DNA of 63,618 nucleotides, counting the filler. It is 6 parts of 6 records of this genome, joined end to end, with 100 filler letters (N's around TTAATTAATTAA, not from the genome) between each part and the next. Parts side by side here need not be neighbours in the genome. Positions count along the whole stretch, not along the records: positions 1 to 8,336 come from SRR9188677_76; positions 8,437 to 15,302 come from SRR9188677_82; 4 more parts are not named here. One strand, 5' to 3'. Made by a program: the position numbers and the translations under genes. Numbering within the stretch: the stretch's first letter is position 1; every line of letters starts with the position of its first letter. Below the pieces are notes generated by a model, which was not told the origin of the DNA, made no database searches, and saw only the letters and a list, made by a program, of their open reading frames with translations. Below, piece by piece: positions 1 through 10,212 of the stretch.

Positions 1-52
1 CCTGTTTGTTATAAGATGATAAAATTCATCAACATAAGTGTAGCGAAGAGGT

Positions 53-316
53 TTATTTTACCTCTTCATAATCTATATATTCACCTCCATTGAAGTTTTC
101 AGTTCCTTTTCCTTTTTTAGTAGGTACATAATCAACGTCAATTTGTCCTTCTCTTTTATTTTTATGATTAGACGAATGTTGAGTACGTTGTTGTTGCTGA
201 AAGTCTTGCTGTGCTTTATTGATTTGAGAAACCACAAATCCTCTAAAAGCCCATTTTAACAAACTTGGAAAAATGAATATGATAAATAAAATGATGAGGA
301 TGATCTTGATTAACAT
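53..316 (-). CDS. Small membrane protein, DUF4834-like
   Basis: N-terminal TM helix, Q-rich linker and C-terminal GEYIDYEEVK motif typical of Bacteroidota DUF4834 proteins. Confidence 0.65.
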   Translation of the reverse strand: MLIKIILIILFIIFIFPSLLKWAFRGFVVSQINKAQQDFQQQQRTQHSSNHKNKREGQIDVDYVPTKKGKGTENFNGGEYIDYEEVK

Positions 317-582
317 GATATGCTATGATTTACTAAAAAGATAAAATTAAATAAGTATTTCAACTTACCATTTATGTGTACGTCATCTCAATACAAAACA
401 AACTTAATGTATTCTCGCTAATTTGCTGTACTGTATTGGTAAGCTTGATTGACTAAACTTCACAAATTAATAACGTCAAAATTACAAATTAGTTTTTTGT
501 CTCATTATAAAATCTGGAAAGTTTTTACGAATGGTTGTATATTCATGTGAATTAAGAAAAACGTTTACTATAGGTTAAAAAC

Positions 583-616
583 AAAAAACACTTTCGGCAA
601 ACCGAAAGTGTTTTTT
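583..616. terminator. Intrinsic terminator downstream of mraY (bidirectional form)
   Basis: AAAAAACACTTTCGG-caaa-CCGAAAGTGTTTTTT perfect hairpin with A/T tails. Confidence 0.8.
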
Positions 617-637
617 GAGAAACCAGTTCTTTAAATG

Positions 638-1852
638 CTATCGTAATTTCAAAGTTACTACTGATATTACTACTAAAAGAATACAGATAATCCAGAAACG
701 GGTTACCAATTTAGCTTCATGGTAGCCTTTTTTCTGAAAATGATGATGTAATGGTGACATCAGGAAAATCCTTCGTCCTTCACCAAACTTCTTTTTTGTG
801 TATTTAAAATAACTCACTTGCATAATTACAGAGAGTAATTCTATCAAGAAAATACCACAAAGCACAGGAATCAACAATTCTTTTCTGATTACAATGGCCA
901 AAGTAGCGATGATTCCACCTAACATTAAGCTACCAGTATCACCCATAAATACTTGTGCTGGAAATGAATTGTACCATAAAAAGCCAATACAAGCCCCGAC
1001 AAAGGCGGCACAAAAAACAGCTAACTCTCCTGAATTAGGAATAAACATTACATTCAAGTACTGTGAAAATACTTTATTTCCAGAAACGTAAGCTAATACT
1101 GCTAAACCTATTCCGATAATCATTGAAGTTCCTGCGGCTAATCCATCAATGCCATCTGTAATATTAGCTCCGTTCGAAACAGCCGTAATGATGAAAATCA
1201 CTGCAATTACATAAACCACCCAAGTATATTCATCTAATCCTAAAAAGTCTGGAATCAGATAACTATAATCAAATTGGTTGTTTTTCAAGAAAGGTACAGT
1301 TGAAATCAGAGCTTTTGAATCGGTAAATTTTTGTACTTCTCCAATGTTTGAAGCAATCTTAGCTTTTTCGTAAAAACGTACTTTAATCCCATCGTTAAAC
1401 CACATCGTTAAACCCACGATTAAACCTAAACCAATCTGACCAACAATTTTAAATTTACCCGAAAGTCCTTCTTTATTCTTTTTGAATACTTTAATATAAT
1501 CATCAATAAAACCTACAGCACCTAACCAAACTGCTGTTACTAATAATAAGATGATATAAATATTATCAAGCTTAGCAAACAAAAGTGTAGGCACAATTAA
1601 TGAAAGCAAAATGATGAATCCTCCCATTGTTGGAGTTCCCTTTTTTTGCATTTGTCCTTCTAAACCTAAATCTCTGATGGCTTCGCCAATTTGTAATTTC
1701 CTGAGTAAGTTGATAACTGTTTTTCCCCATATCGCCGCAATTCCTAAAGAGGTAATTACCGCTGCAAAAGCACGGAAAGTGATGTATTGAAACAAACCCG
1801 CTCCAGGAAAATTGAAGTGTTTGTCTAAATAATCAAATAAATAATAAAGCAT
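638..1852 (-). CDS. mraY: Phospho-N-acetylmuramoyl-pentapeptide transferase
   Basis: [31 protein letters not shown] and PLHHHF motifs; follows murE. Confidence 0.97.
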   Translation of the reverse strand: MLYYLFDYLDKHFNFPGAGLFQYITFRAFAAVITSLGIAAIWGKTVINLLRKLQIGEAIRDLGLEGQMQKKGTPTMGGFIILLSLIVPTLLFAKLDNIYIILLLVTAVWLGAVGFIDDYIKVFKKNKEGLSGKFKIVGQIGLGLIVGLTMWFNDGIKVRFYEKAKIASNIGEVQKFTDSKALISTVPFLKNNQFDYSYLIPDFLGLDEYTWVVYVIAVIFIITAVSNGANITDGIDGLAAGTSMIIGIGLAVLAYVSGNKVFSQYLNVMFIPNSGELAVFCAAFVGACIGFLWYNSFPAQVFMGDTGSLMLGGIIATLAIVIRKELLIPVLCGIFLIELLSVIMQVSYFKYTKKKFGEGRRIFLMSPLHHHFQKKGYHEAKLVTRFWIICILLVVISVVTLKLR

Positions 1853-2002
1853 AATAATTTGGTTAGAATGATGGCGAAAAATTATGAGGACAGACTCAAA
1901 TAGCTTTTAAAAAATAAAAACAGAAGCAAATTTACTAATGTTATTGAGTTTTAAAGCAATATTCAGTTGCTAATCCTTTATCTCTTTTGTTGAAAACTTT
2001 TG

Positions 2003-3463
2003 TTAGTTCGCAAAAGCTTCTTTCAATACTAATCTATCATCAAAATCGTGTTTCACTCCTTGTATGTCCTGATAAGTTTCATGTCCTTTTCCAGCTACTA
2101 AAATAATATCTCCTGCTTGTGCCAAAGTATTTACTGCATAAAAAATGGCTTCTTTTCTATCTTCAATCGTTTTAGTTTTCTTGAAATCAATCGGCGGAAC
2201 TCCTTTTTGCATTTGTGCTAAAATCTCCATTGGGTCTTCCTTTCTTGGATTATCAGAAGTCAAGATTACTTTGTTAGATAAATTACAAGCAATTTTTGCC
2301 ATGATTGGTCGCTTCGTAGCATCTCTGTTTCCTCCACAACCTACTACAGTAATTATTTGTTGGTCATCACCTTTAATTTGCTTGATAGTTTTCAACACAT
2401 TTTCAAGTGCATCTGGTGTATGGGCATAATCTACAATGCCTACTTTTCTGTCTTTAATAGAAACGATTTGTTCAAACCTTCCTGGTGCGGTTTTCAAACC
2501 AGACATTTCAACCAATACTTCGTCTGGGTCTTCGCCTAACAAAGTAGCTGCGCCATAAATTGCCATTAAATTATAAGCATTGAAAGTACCGATAAGCTGG
2601 AAATGTATTTCTCGTCCATCAATTTCCATTTGCAAGCCATAAATACTATCTGAAACAATTCTCCCTTTTACGGTAGCAAGTGTTTCTAAAGAGTACGTTT
2701 TGATACTTGCTTTGGTATTTTGCACCATTACCGAACCACGACGGTCATCTACATTGATTAAAGCAAAAGCTGTTTTGGGTAAAGCATCAAAAAAACCTTT
2801 TTTGGCTTTGATATAATTATCAAACGTTCCGTGGAAATCGAGATGGTCGTGCGTAATATTCGAGAAAATTGCTCCTGCGAAAGTTACTCCTGTAATACGA
2901 TGTTGCACCACTGAATGCGAACTTACTTCCATAAAAGCATGAGTACAGCCAGCTTGTACCATCTCTGCCAAGAGTTTGTTTAAACTTACGGCATCAGGCG
3001 TGGTATGTGTTGAAGGAATTACCTCTTCATCAATCTGATTCTGAACGGTTGAAATCAATCCACAACGATAACCTAACTGACGAAACAAACGGAATAATAA
3101 CATTACGGTTGTCGTCTTTCCATTAGTCCCTGTGATGCCAACTAATTTTAATTTCGCCGAAGGATTACCATAAAATGTAGAAGCTACATAACCCAAAGTT
3201 TCTGAAGCATCTTTTACTTGGATATAAGTAATGTTTTCTGCTTGTACTTCAGGTAAATCTTCACAAAGAATTGATTTCGCTCCCAATCCAATTGCTTTTT
3301 CAATAAAAGTATGTCCATCTACTTGTGTTCCTTTTAAAGCAACAAACATTGACCCTTCTGTCACCACACGAGAATCAATAACAATTGAGGATACTTCTAC
3401 TGACGAATCACCAATGATGGTAATCGTTTGAATATTTTCAAGAAGATTGGACAGGATTTGCAT
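2003..3463 (-). CDS. murE: UDP-MurNAc-tripeptide (meso-DAP) ligase
   Basis: GITGTNGKTT P-loop, MEVSSH, DYAHTPD, DNPR and AGKGHE motifs. Confidence 0.97.
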   Translation of the reverse strand: MQILSNLLENIQTITIIGDSSVEVSSIVIDSRVVTEGSMFVALKGTQVDGHTFIEKAIGLGAKSILCEDLPEVQAENITYIQVKDASETLGYVASTFYGNPSAKLKLVGITGTNGKTTTVMLLFRLFRQLGYRCGLISTVQNQIDEEVIPSTHTTPDAVSLNKLLAEMVQAGCTHAFMEVSSHSVVQHRITGVTFAGAIFSNITHDHLDFHGTFDNYIKAKKGFFDALPKTAFALINVDDRRGSVMVQNTKASIKTYSLETLATVKGRIVSDSIYGLQMEIDGREIHFQLIGTFNAYNLMAIYGAATLLGEDPDEVLVEMSGLKTAPGRFEQIVSIKDRKVGIVDYAHTPDALENVLKTIKQIKGDDQQIITVVGCGGNRDATKRPIMAKIACNLSNKVILTSDNPRKEDPMEILAQMQKGVPPIDFKKTKTIEDRKEAIFYAVNTLAQAGDIILVAGKGHETYQDIQGVKHDFDDRLVLKEAFAN

Positions 3464-3502
3464 AATAAATATTTAAAAGGAATTTTATTTTTAATCAGTA
3501 CG

Positions 3503-3620
3503 AGTTGTGAATTGTGAGTGATGAATTGCGAGTCAAAAATGTTGATGTTCTGTTCTTTTGTAAATTGTTGCTACAATTTAACCTCCTAAATTCTCAACTC
3601 ATCATTCACAATTCACAACT
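3503..3620. repeat. Intergenic inverted repeat built from heptamer-like units
   Basis: AGTTGTGAATTGTGAGTGATGAATTGCGAGT (3503-3533) is a near reverse complement of AATTCTCAACTCATCATTCACAATTCACAACT (3589-3620). Confidence 0.75.
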
Positions 3621-3628
3621 ATTTACTT

Positions 3629-5743
3629 CTAATTCAACACTAAACCAATGGTTCTATTCTTCGCAGCAATTACTCCCGGAGGAATGGATTGGCTCTTCAC
3701 TTTCCCAAAACCTGAGTAACTTACTTTAAAGCCTTTGTTTTCTAAAATATAAATGGCATCTCTCAGAGACATTCCTCTTATATCTGGTACTTTATTTTTA
3801 GGATTACTATGTTCTTCATAATGTACTTTACCGCTTTCAGCTTGCATCACTGCCCAACCTTCATTACTTGGTTTTCTTTCAATACCAAACTCTTCATTGA
3901 TTGCTTTAATGTCTGAAGTATGTGCAATCTGCTTCTGACTTGTAAGCTTTACTCCTCCGTTTGCATCTTTCGCCAATAATTTGTGCATTTGAATATCGCA
4001 AGCATAAATCTTATCAGCAATTTCTTTAAACACTGGTGCAGAAGCATCACTTGCAAAAAGAGCTTCTCTTTTTACACCTCTCGGATTATCAATCGCTACT
4101 ACACAACTGTACTTGGGTGCATCCGCAGGAAAATAACCAATGAATGAAGTATAGTACATTCCTTTACGATACTTGCCATTAATCAGTTTTTGCGAAGTAC
4201 CTGTTTTTCCAGCAATTTTATATAAATCATTTTTGATGTTCGATGCTGTTCCTCTTTCTACCACACCTTCAAGCATTTTTCTTACTTTTTTAAGTGTTTC
4301 TTCTGAACAAATCGGGTTTTCATCTACTTCTTGTTTTAACTTGAAATCATCTTCTACTTTATCCGCTACTCTTGTTTCTTTTACGATGATGGGCTGAATC
4401 CATTTGCCATCATTTGCAATGGCATTATAAAAGGTTAACATTTGAAGGGGCGTCAGTAACATTCCATATCCGATAGAATTCCAAGGTAAACCTGTAATAT
4501 CCCCTTTTTTCGGTGGACTAATTCTTGGAATAGCATCAGGTCTTAATTGAAAATTCAGTCTTTGATCTAAATGAAAATCATGTAATTTTTTATAATACTT
4601 CTTTTCATTTCCTTTTCCAAAATACTTTAACATCAATTTGGCTGTACCAACATTTGAAGAATGTTCAAAAACAGATTGGGCTGTTATTGTTCCATAACCT
4701 GTTGTTTTAGAATCTTCCAGAATCTTATCTCCTATTTTTATTTTTCCATCTCCTGTTTCTACTAGTTCATCATTAGATAGATTCCATTCTTCCATCAAAG
4801 CAACCATCGAAGCTAATTTGAATACAGAACCCGGATCGGTCAACCCTAACACTGCATGATTATAAGTTTCTGCATAATTAGAAGTATCACGCATTCTAGT
4901 AAGGTTGGTCATTGCTTTGATTTCTCCTGTGGCTACTTCCATCACAACTACGCAACCTTTATCGGCACCCGACCTTTTCAAAGCTCTCAATAAAGAACTT
5001 TCTGCAACGTCTTGAATATTCACATTAATAGTGGTGTGAATATCTAAACCGGGAATAGGAATAGCTTCTTCTCCGCCATCTATCGGACGAAAACTTCCTT
5101 GTCCTATCTTTTCAAAAATACCTTTACCCGGAACTCCCGCTAGTTGACTATCAAAACTGTTTTCAATCCCTACTTTTTCTTTGTCTTTTTTATAACCAAT
5201 GGTACGGAAACCCATTTTACCAAAAGGATTATAACGCACATTTACTTTTTCAAAAACTACACCGCCTTTATACTTTCCTTCTTTGAAAATAGGCCATTTC
5301 TTCATCATTTTTACATCTTGAAAGTCAATCAAAGAATTGTTTAAAAGAATGTATCGGTCTTTTTCATGACGAGCCAGATTAATCATAGAGTAATAGTCTT
5401 TCCAATCTTTATCACCATAAAAGTTGGAGAGTTTTTTACAAAGTTCTTCGATTCCATCATCAAAAATCCTTTTGTTTTTATCTGATAAAGAAACGAGCGG
5501 ATCGAAACCTAAACGATATTTAGGCAAAGAAGTAGCCAGCAAACTACCATCGTCTGCATAAATATTCCCACGAACAGCTTCAATCGTTCTTTCACTAACG
5601 TATCTGAGACTAGATGCTTTACGCCATTTTTCACCTTCAATATTTTGCAATTGAACAATACGCCAAATGATACCTCCTGCAAAGCAAAGGATTAGCAAAA
5701 ACACGAGGCGTAGCCTCATTACTATGTCTTTTTTGATGTTCAT
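3629..5743 (-). CDS. ftsI: Class B penicillin-binding protein (FtsI/PBP3) with C-terminal PASTA domain
   Basis: PGSVFK (SxxK), SSN and KTG motifs; N-terminal TM; PASTA-like VPDIRGMSLRDA; directly upstream of murE; start taken at ATG 5743 (MNIKKDI). Confidence 0.9.
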   Translation of the reverse strand: MNIKKDIVMRLRLVFLLILCFAGGIIWRIVQLQNIEGEKWRKASSLRYVSERTIEAVRGNIYADDGSLLATSLPKYRLGFDPLVSLSDKNKRIFDDGIEELCKKLSNFYGDKDWKDYYSMINLARHEKDRYILLNNSLIDFQDVKMMKKWPIFKEGKYKGGVVFEKVNVRYNPFGKMGFRTIGYKKDKEKVGIENSFDSQLAGVPGKGIFEKIGQGSFRPIDGGEEAIPIPGLDIHTTINVNIQDVAESSLLRALKRSGADKGCVVVMEVATGEIKAMTNLTRMRDTSNYAETYNHAVLGLTDPGSVFKLASMVALMEEWNLSNDELVETGDGKIKIGDKILEDSKTTGYGTITAQSVFEHSSNVGTAKLMLKYFGKGNEKKYYKKLHDFHLDQRLNFQLRPDAIPRISPPKKGDITGLPWNSIGYGMLLTPLQMLTFYNAIANDGKWIQPIIVKETRVADKVEDDFKLKQEVDENPICSEETLKKVRKMLEGVVERGTASNIKNDLYKIAGKTGTSQKLINGKYRKGMYYTSFIGYFPADAPKYSCVVAIDNPRGVKREALFASDASAPVFKEIADKIYACDIQMHKLLAKDANGGVKLTSQKQIAHTSDIKAINEEFGIERKPSNEGWAVMQAESGKVHYEEHSNPKNKVPDIRGMSLRDAIYILENKGFKVSYSGFGKVKSQSIPPGVIAAKNRTIGLVLN

Positions 5744-5892
5744 TGATATAAGAAATCTGATAGAGAAACGCTTCAGCACGTATTTTCACGCTACAATATC
5801 CACAAATATACTAAAAATTGGAAATTAGGCTTGAAGAAAGCATGAAGGGGATGAAATGAAAAAAGAGAGCATTATAATGTTAGTCAATGTTT

Positions 5893-7010
5893 CTATGATA
5901 AGCCTAACTTTAGATAAATCGAATAACTATCTTTTTCATCATTAATTTCAAGCGTGTGAGTATTCGGGTAAAGTGTTGATAGACGTTTTTTTACATTGTT
6001 TAAACCTATTCCTCCAAAGGTATTCTTTCTATTGGCTAATACTATATTTGATTTACTATTTTCTACTTTGAATAATAAATGGTTATCAACAACTTTTAAT
6101 TGTATTTTAATAAAACATTTTGATTTCAAATCTCCGATACTGTGTTTAAAAGCATTTTCAACAAAGGTAATAAGCACCATCGGCGGAATATTTCCTTGAA
6201 TTTCTCCTTCTACCTCAAAACTTACTTCCAGTCTTTTGGTATTTCTGATTTTCTCTAATGCTATGAAATTTGTCAAGAAATTCACTTCTCTTTCCAAGCT
6301 TATTGTTTGTTGATTAGATTCATAAAGTACATAATCTAATAAACTTGATAACGATAATATTGCATCACCATTACGTTTATCTTCTGTAATAGTAAGACTA
6401 TAAATATTATTAAGTGTATTTGTTAAGAAATGAGGATTAATTTGTGCTCTTAAATAATCAATTTCTATTTGCTTCTTTTCAGAAACACTTTTAGCTAATG
6501 AACGAGTGAGCTTGATAAAAAAGGCTGGTAAAGCAGTAAGAAAGATTTCAAGCGTACTTCCGTACTTCCAATAACTTCACCTTTTTTATAGAATAACCAA
6601 AAACTTTTTTTGTAGTAAGGTGCTAAAGTAAAATCAAGTCCGGTAATACTATTAAGATTATACCATTTGTTATTAAAAATCAGATATACTCTACAATAAA
6701 AAAGAACACCAACAATCAGCAGAAGAAATAAAACTCCAAAAAAAAGAGTAATGAAGTATCTATTCCTATTATCATCAGTCCAACTTTGTAATATTATATA
6801 AGTGATAACATAAAAATAAATAATATCTGCTATAAAAACATAAGAGATAGTAGTCAATTGATAATAAATGTTAACCGTAGGACCAAGAATTATCCCCCAT
6901 AATCCAATAAAAAGAAATACCCAAAATATAATATGTAACAACACTCTTCTTTTACTAGAAACGCCTTCAATAGGATATACTTTTAGAAACAAATCTGTAA
7001 TTTTTTCCAT
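5893..7010 (-). pseudogene. LytS/YehU-type sensor histidine kinase frameshifted by an 8-bp tandem duplication
   Basis: TM half (ORF 6495..7010) and kinase half (LRAQINPHF...VENAFKH...GIGLNNVKKRL) are in different frames. Removing one copy of CGTACTTC (6553-6560/6561-6568) restores a continuous 369-aa ORF. Confidence 0.85.
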
Positions 7011-7121
7011 TTTAAAAAATAGGTTTACTCTTTAATTGTATTTAATTGTTGGTTCTGTTTATTTCCACTTATTAACCTGCTGAAAACAGCTATTCTTCTG
7101 TTTTCAGCAGGTATTATTATT

Positions 7122-8102
7122 TTATTTCAACACTTCAATCGCTTCAAGTTCAGGTCCTCCACCTCTGTTTCCTGAACCTGCTATGGTATAAACTTTCCCT
7201 TTTACCACAACTGCTCCTGTTCCATGACGACCTTGATTTAAACTTGGATATTTTAACCATACTTTTGCATCAGCATCATAAGCTTCTACTTCGCTGTGTG
7301 CAGGAACTTGCGCAGGGCTTTCGCCACCAATAATCAACACTTTATTCCCTAATGCTATTGCTGAATAGCCCGCTCTTTGTGTTGGAATGTTTAAGTTTTC
7401 GGGCAATGTTTCCCATGTGTTCTGCTTAAAATCATAAACATCTACAGCAGCTTCTGTTAGGTTTAATACTTGGTTAATCTTAGCTGTTGAACGTCTGCCT
7501 CCTGCCAAGTATAATTTATCTTTAATCACGGCTACACTCACGTGGTCTCGAACATGCGGAGCATCAGCAAGCTTACGCCAAGTATTTTTCTGTGGGTCAT
7601 ATTCATCTAACCATGCAACGTGACCGTCCCAATGTCCATCCTGAATACCACAAACCATATAAATCTTATTTTTATACACTACACAACCCGCAGAACCTCT
7701 TAATCTATCGCTAGGAATTTCTGGTCCTTTTCTCCATTCATTCTTTTGAAGATTAAAAATGTAAATATTAGGGATGGGCGTTTCATGCGGATATTGTCCC
7801 GTCAAAGCTCCCATTACATAAACTTCATTTTGAAAAGTAACAGCTTGTAAATGATGTATTTCTAAGGGTGCATCTGCAAGTTTAGTCCAAGTTTTTGTTT
7901 TAATGTCAAATACTTCGGTAGATTTCACCGTTCTTCCACCTAATAAAACTAATTTATCCCCAACAGCAGCTAATGTATTTTCTAATCGCTTAGTACAATT
8001 GTTTTCAGAATAAATTTTCTCCCAAGTTTGGGCATGCAAGTGATTGTCTATCAAAGCAATAAACAACAAAGAAAGCGTTAAAATGTGTCGATTAATTTTC
8101 AT
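7122..8102 (-). CDS. Secreted Kelch-repeat beta-propeller protein
   Basis: Signal peptide (..LHAQ) and about six repeats with GG...Y/W spacing (LGG, VYDFKQNTWETL, IIGG). Confidence 0.85.
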   Translation of the reverse strand: MKINRHILTLSLLFIALIDNHLHAQTWEKIYSENNCTKRLENTLAAVGDKLVLLGGRTVKSTEVFDIKTKTWTKLADAPLEIHHLQAVTFQNEVYVMGALTGQYPHETPIPNIYIFNLQKNEWRKGPEIPSDRLRGSAGCVVYKNKIYMVCGIQDGHWDGHVAWLDEYDPQKNTWRKLADAPHVRDHVSVAVIKDKLYLAGGRRSTAKINQVLNLTEAAVDVYDFKQNTWETLPENLNIPTQRAGYSAIALGNKVLIIGGESPAQVPAHSEVEAYDADAKVWLKYPSLNQGRHGTGAVVVKGKVYTIAGSGNRGGGPELEAIEVLK

Positions 8103-8336
8103 GATAAATTAAATTGTTTAAAAGTATTATTTGCTTCAATTTAATGAGGTTCTTTAATATTTCAAGCCTTTTCTGTCGCTTACATTGGTTAATTATTCAT
8201 CTGTAATTATGGTGTTTAAAAGCTATTGTTCAAAATGTAAAAATATCTAACATCAGCCTTTAATGATTTATTTAGCTTTATTTCCTGTAGGAAAAATGGT
8301 TTCGCCTATAAGAAATGATTTATCATCTATAGGAAA

Positions 8337-8436
8337 NNNNNNNNNNNNNNNNNNNNNNNNNNNNNNNNNNNNNNNNNNNNTTAATTAATTAANNNNNNNN
8401 NNNNNNNNNNNNNNNNNNNNNNNNNNNNNNNNNNNN
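8337..8436. other. Artificial contig spacer
   Basis: N run + TTAATTAATTAA + N run, 100 nt; base composition changes abruptly across it. Confidence 0.98.
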
Positions 8437-8497
8437 CAAGCTGGAGGTCGTTTTCTTGTTCACGCGTGGACACGCGCGCATACCCGTACATCGTCAT
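8437..8497 (-). CDS. Serine recombinase (resolvase/invertase family), N-terminal fragment truncated by the contig end; not in the ORF track
   Basis: Minus strand reads MTMYGYARVSTREQENDLQL..., the catalytic Y-x-R-V-S motif followed by Q...Q; GGGGCG upstream of ATG 8497. Confidence 0.88.
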
Positions 8498-8587
8498 AGT
8501 TCGCCCCATGAGGCGGGATCAAGGGCGCGACCTCCGAGATTAGAGACGCCCAACCCCCACGCGCCTAGGCCCTGTACATTTCGACAC

Positions 8588-8893
8588 ATGACGAAGCTAC
8601 TCACAGCCCTCGCCTTCACCACTTCGGTCGCATTTGCACAACCCGTAGAGCTCAACAGATGCCAAACGGACAACACATTCGCCTACTGGACCCCGAATGC
8701 GTGTGCAACGGGAGACAGGCTCAACGGGACATTCAGAGGGCTCGAAGCCCGAAACTTCACAGAGCACGTGAAGCGAGCAGAGTGCTTGTGGAGAGCCATG
8801 TCTGCTGATCGAAAGCTCCATGGCCCCATCCCGCAAGGCACAGCCCAAAGAGCGATACCCCACCCAGAATGCGACTACCGGCCAGTGAACTAG
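8588..8893 (+). CDS. Phage accessory protein, predicted secreted, four Cys
   Basis: Internal ATG of ORF 8456..8893 gives MTKLLTALAFTTSVAFAQ (signal peptide); convergent with rep. Confidence 0.6.
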   Translation: MTKLLTALAFTTSVAFAQPVELNRCQTDNTFAYWTPNACATGDRLNGTFRGLEARNFTEHVKRAECLWRAMSADRKLHGPIPQGTAQRAIPHPECDYRPVN

Positions 8894-8896
8894 CCA

Positions 8897-9766
8897 TCAG
8901 CAACGCCCCACGGGGTCAGGCTCGCTGTACAGCAGCCAAACAGTGTTGAGCTTATTGCACGTGTGTTGCACTACTACATGGCCCTCTGGCAGATCCCACG
9001 CCATCGAGATTGCATCCGCTAGATCTACGCCGGGAAATTCCATCGTCATCGCAGGCGGAGGCGACAGGCCCCGCGTGCTGTCCCACATGCGCGAGCCGAA
9101 CTCGCCGTTCTCGTGGTCCTTGGTGAGGTACTTCGAGATATAGCCGGCGATCTTGGCCGGACTGCGATAGCGGTTGAAGCGACCACCCTTGCCGCCCACG
9201 TAGCACATGCCGTTGTTCGCGCCCACCACGTCGCGCCACATCGCGGTCCCCACCTTCCAGCTCAGCACCTTCGCGCCCCGAAACTGCATCAGCCGGGGAA
9301 GGCGATCACAGGCCACGTGAACGTGATACGCGCCGCGTTCCTGCCGCTCGAAGCCCCACACCCCACGGAAGCCCGGAAGGGCCTTGCGCATCTTGCGCAG
9401 CCACGCCGCGAAGTGTTTCCGGCATAGGGCGAGGTCACCTTGGTTCGCCCTGTACGTGAGGGTCAGCATTTCATTGAATCCAGCTTCTTTGATCTTCCAG
9501 CGGCAATTGCGTTTGGCTCGCTGGCCGGACTTCCATCGCGCACGCTCAGCCCGTTCCTTGAGCTGTTCCTGTTCCAGGAGCGTGCCCGACTGGTCGACCT
9601 CCTCGACCCAGCAATCAGGGTCATCGACGTCCACCGTGGGGATGTAGAGGTAGCGAGGCTGAATCAGCGTCTCGCGCTGGCCATTGGCGAAATGCTGGGT
9701 GCGCACCTTGACGCCATCCCGAACTTTCTCGCACCAATAGCCCTTGTGCTTTACCATCGCGTTCAT
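8897..9766 (-). CDS. Rolling-circle replication initiator (HUH endonuclease)
   Basis: Motif I LTLTY, motif II ERQERGAYHVHV, motif III YISKYLTKD. Confidence 0.9.
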   Translation of the reverse strand: MNAMVKHKGYWCEKVRDGVKVRTQHFANGQRETLIQPRYLYIPTVDVDDPDCWVEEVDQSGTLLEQEQLKERAERARWKSGQRAKRNCRWKIKEAGFNEMLTLTYRANQGDLALCRKHFAAWLRKMRKALPGFRGVWGFERQERGAYHVHVACDRLPRLMQFRGAKVLSWKVGTAMWRDVVGANNGMCYVGGKGGRFNRYRSPAKIAGYISKYLTKDHENGEFGSRMWDSTRGLSPPPAMTMEFPGVDLADAISMAWDLPEGHVVVQHTCNKLNTVWLLYSEPDPVGRC

Positions 9767-9794
9767 ATCGCAGTCCTTGAATCGTTGCGGTATC

Positions 9795-9950
9795 TGTCCC
9801 GGGTGGCCTGCCAGCTACGCCGGGACTTTCTTTTGGCCCTTCGGGCCTGACTCTCAACCTACCGTTTGCACCTCGACCGCCTGCTGTTTGCATGTGCCGG
9901 TCGTAATGTGTTCTTTTAATAAATTAAGGCCGCGCTGCGCGCGGCCTTGG
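9795..9950. promoter_or_regulatory. Putative phage double-strand origin / intergenic hairpin region
   Basis: Hairpin AAGGCCGCGC-tgc-GCGCGGCCTT (9926-9948) abutting the AT-rich tract GTGTTCTTTTAATAAATT; further hairpins near 9799-9824 and 9835-9847; immediately upstream of rep. Confidence 0.5.
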
Positions 9951-10212
9951 TCCGCACTCCGTGCTGGCCCTGCGGCCTCCTCCGCGCGTGCCTCATCGCA
10001 TCCACAGCCACACACCAACGACAGGAGCCCGCAGCCGCGGGCGTTTGCTTGGCCGGCCAGAGATGAGGCAGGGGCACGTGATGCGAGCAGCACCAGAGAC
10101 GAGACGCCTACGCCACAAGGGCTTCGGCGGTTTTGCTTTGCAGTAGCGCAAGAGCTGGTGCAGGGGCACGTAAACGACATCCCGCAACCGGGCAGGCCCC
10201 AGTACCGCGTGA

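Noticed and set aside
8381-8392. TTAATTAATTAA palindrome recurring five times as a biological repeat
   Set aside because: Always centred in identical N padding; it is an artificial joiner
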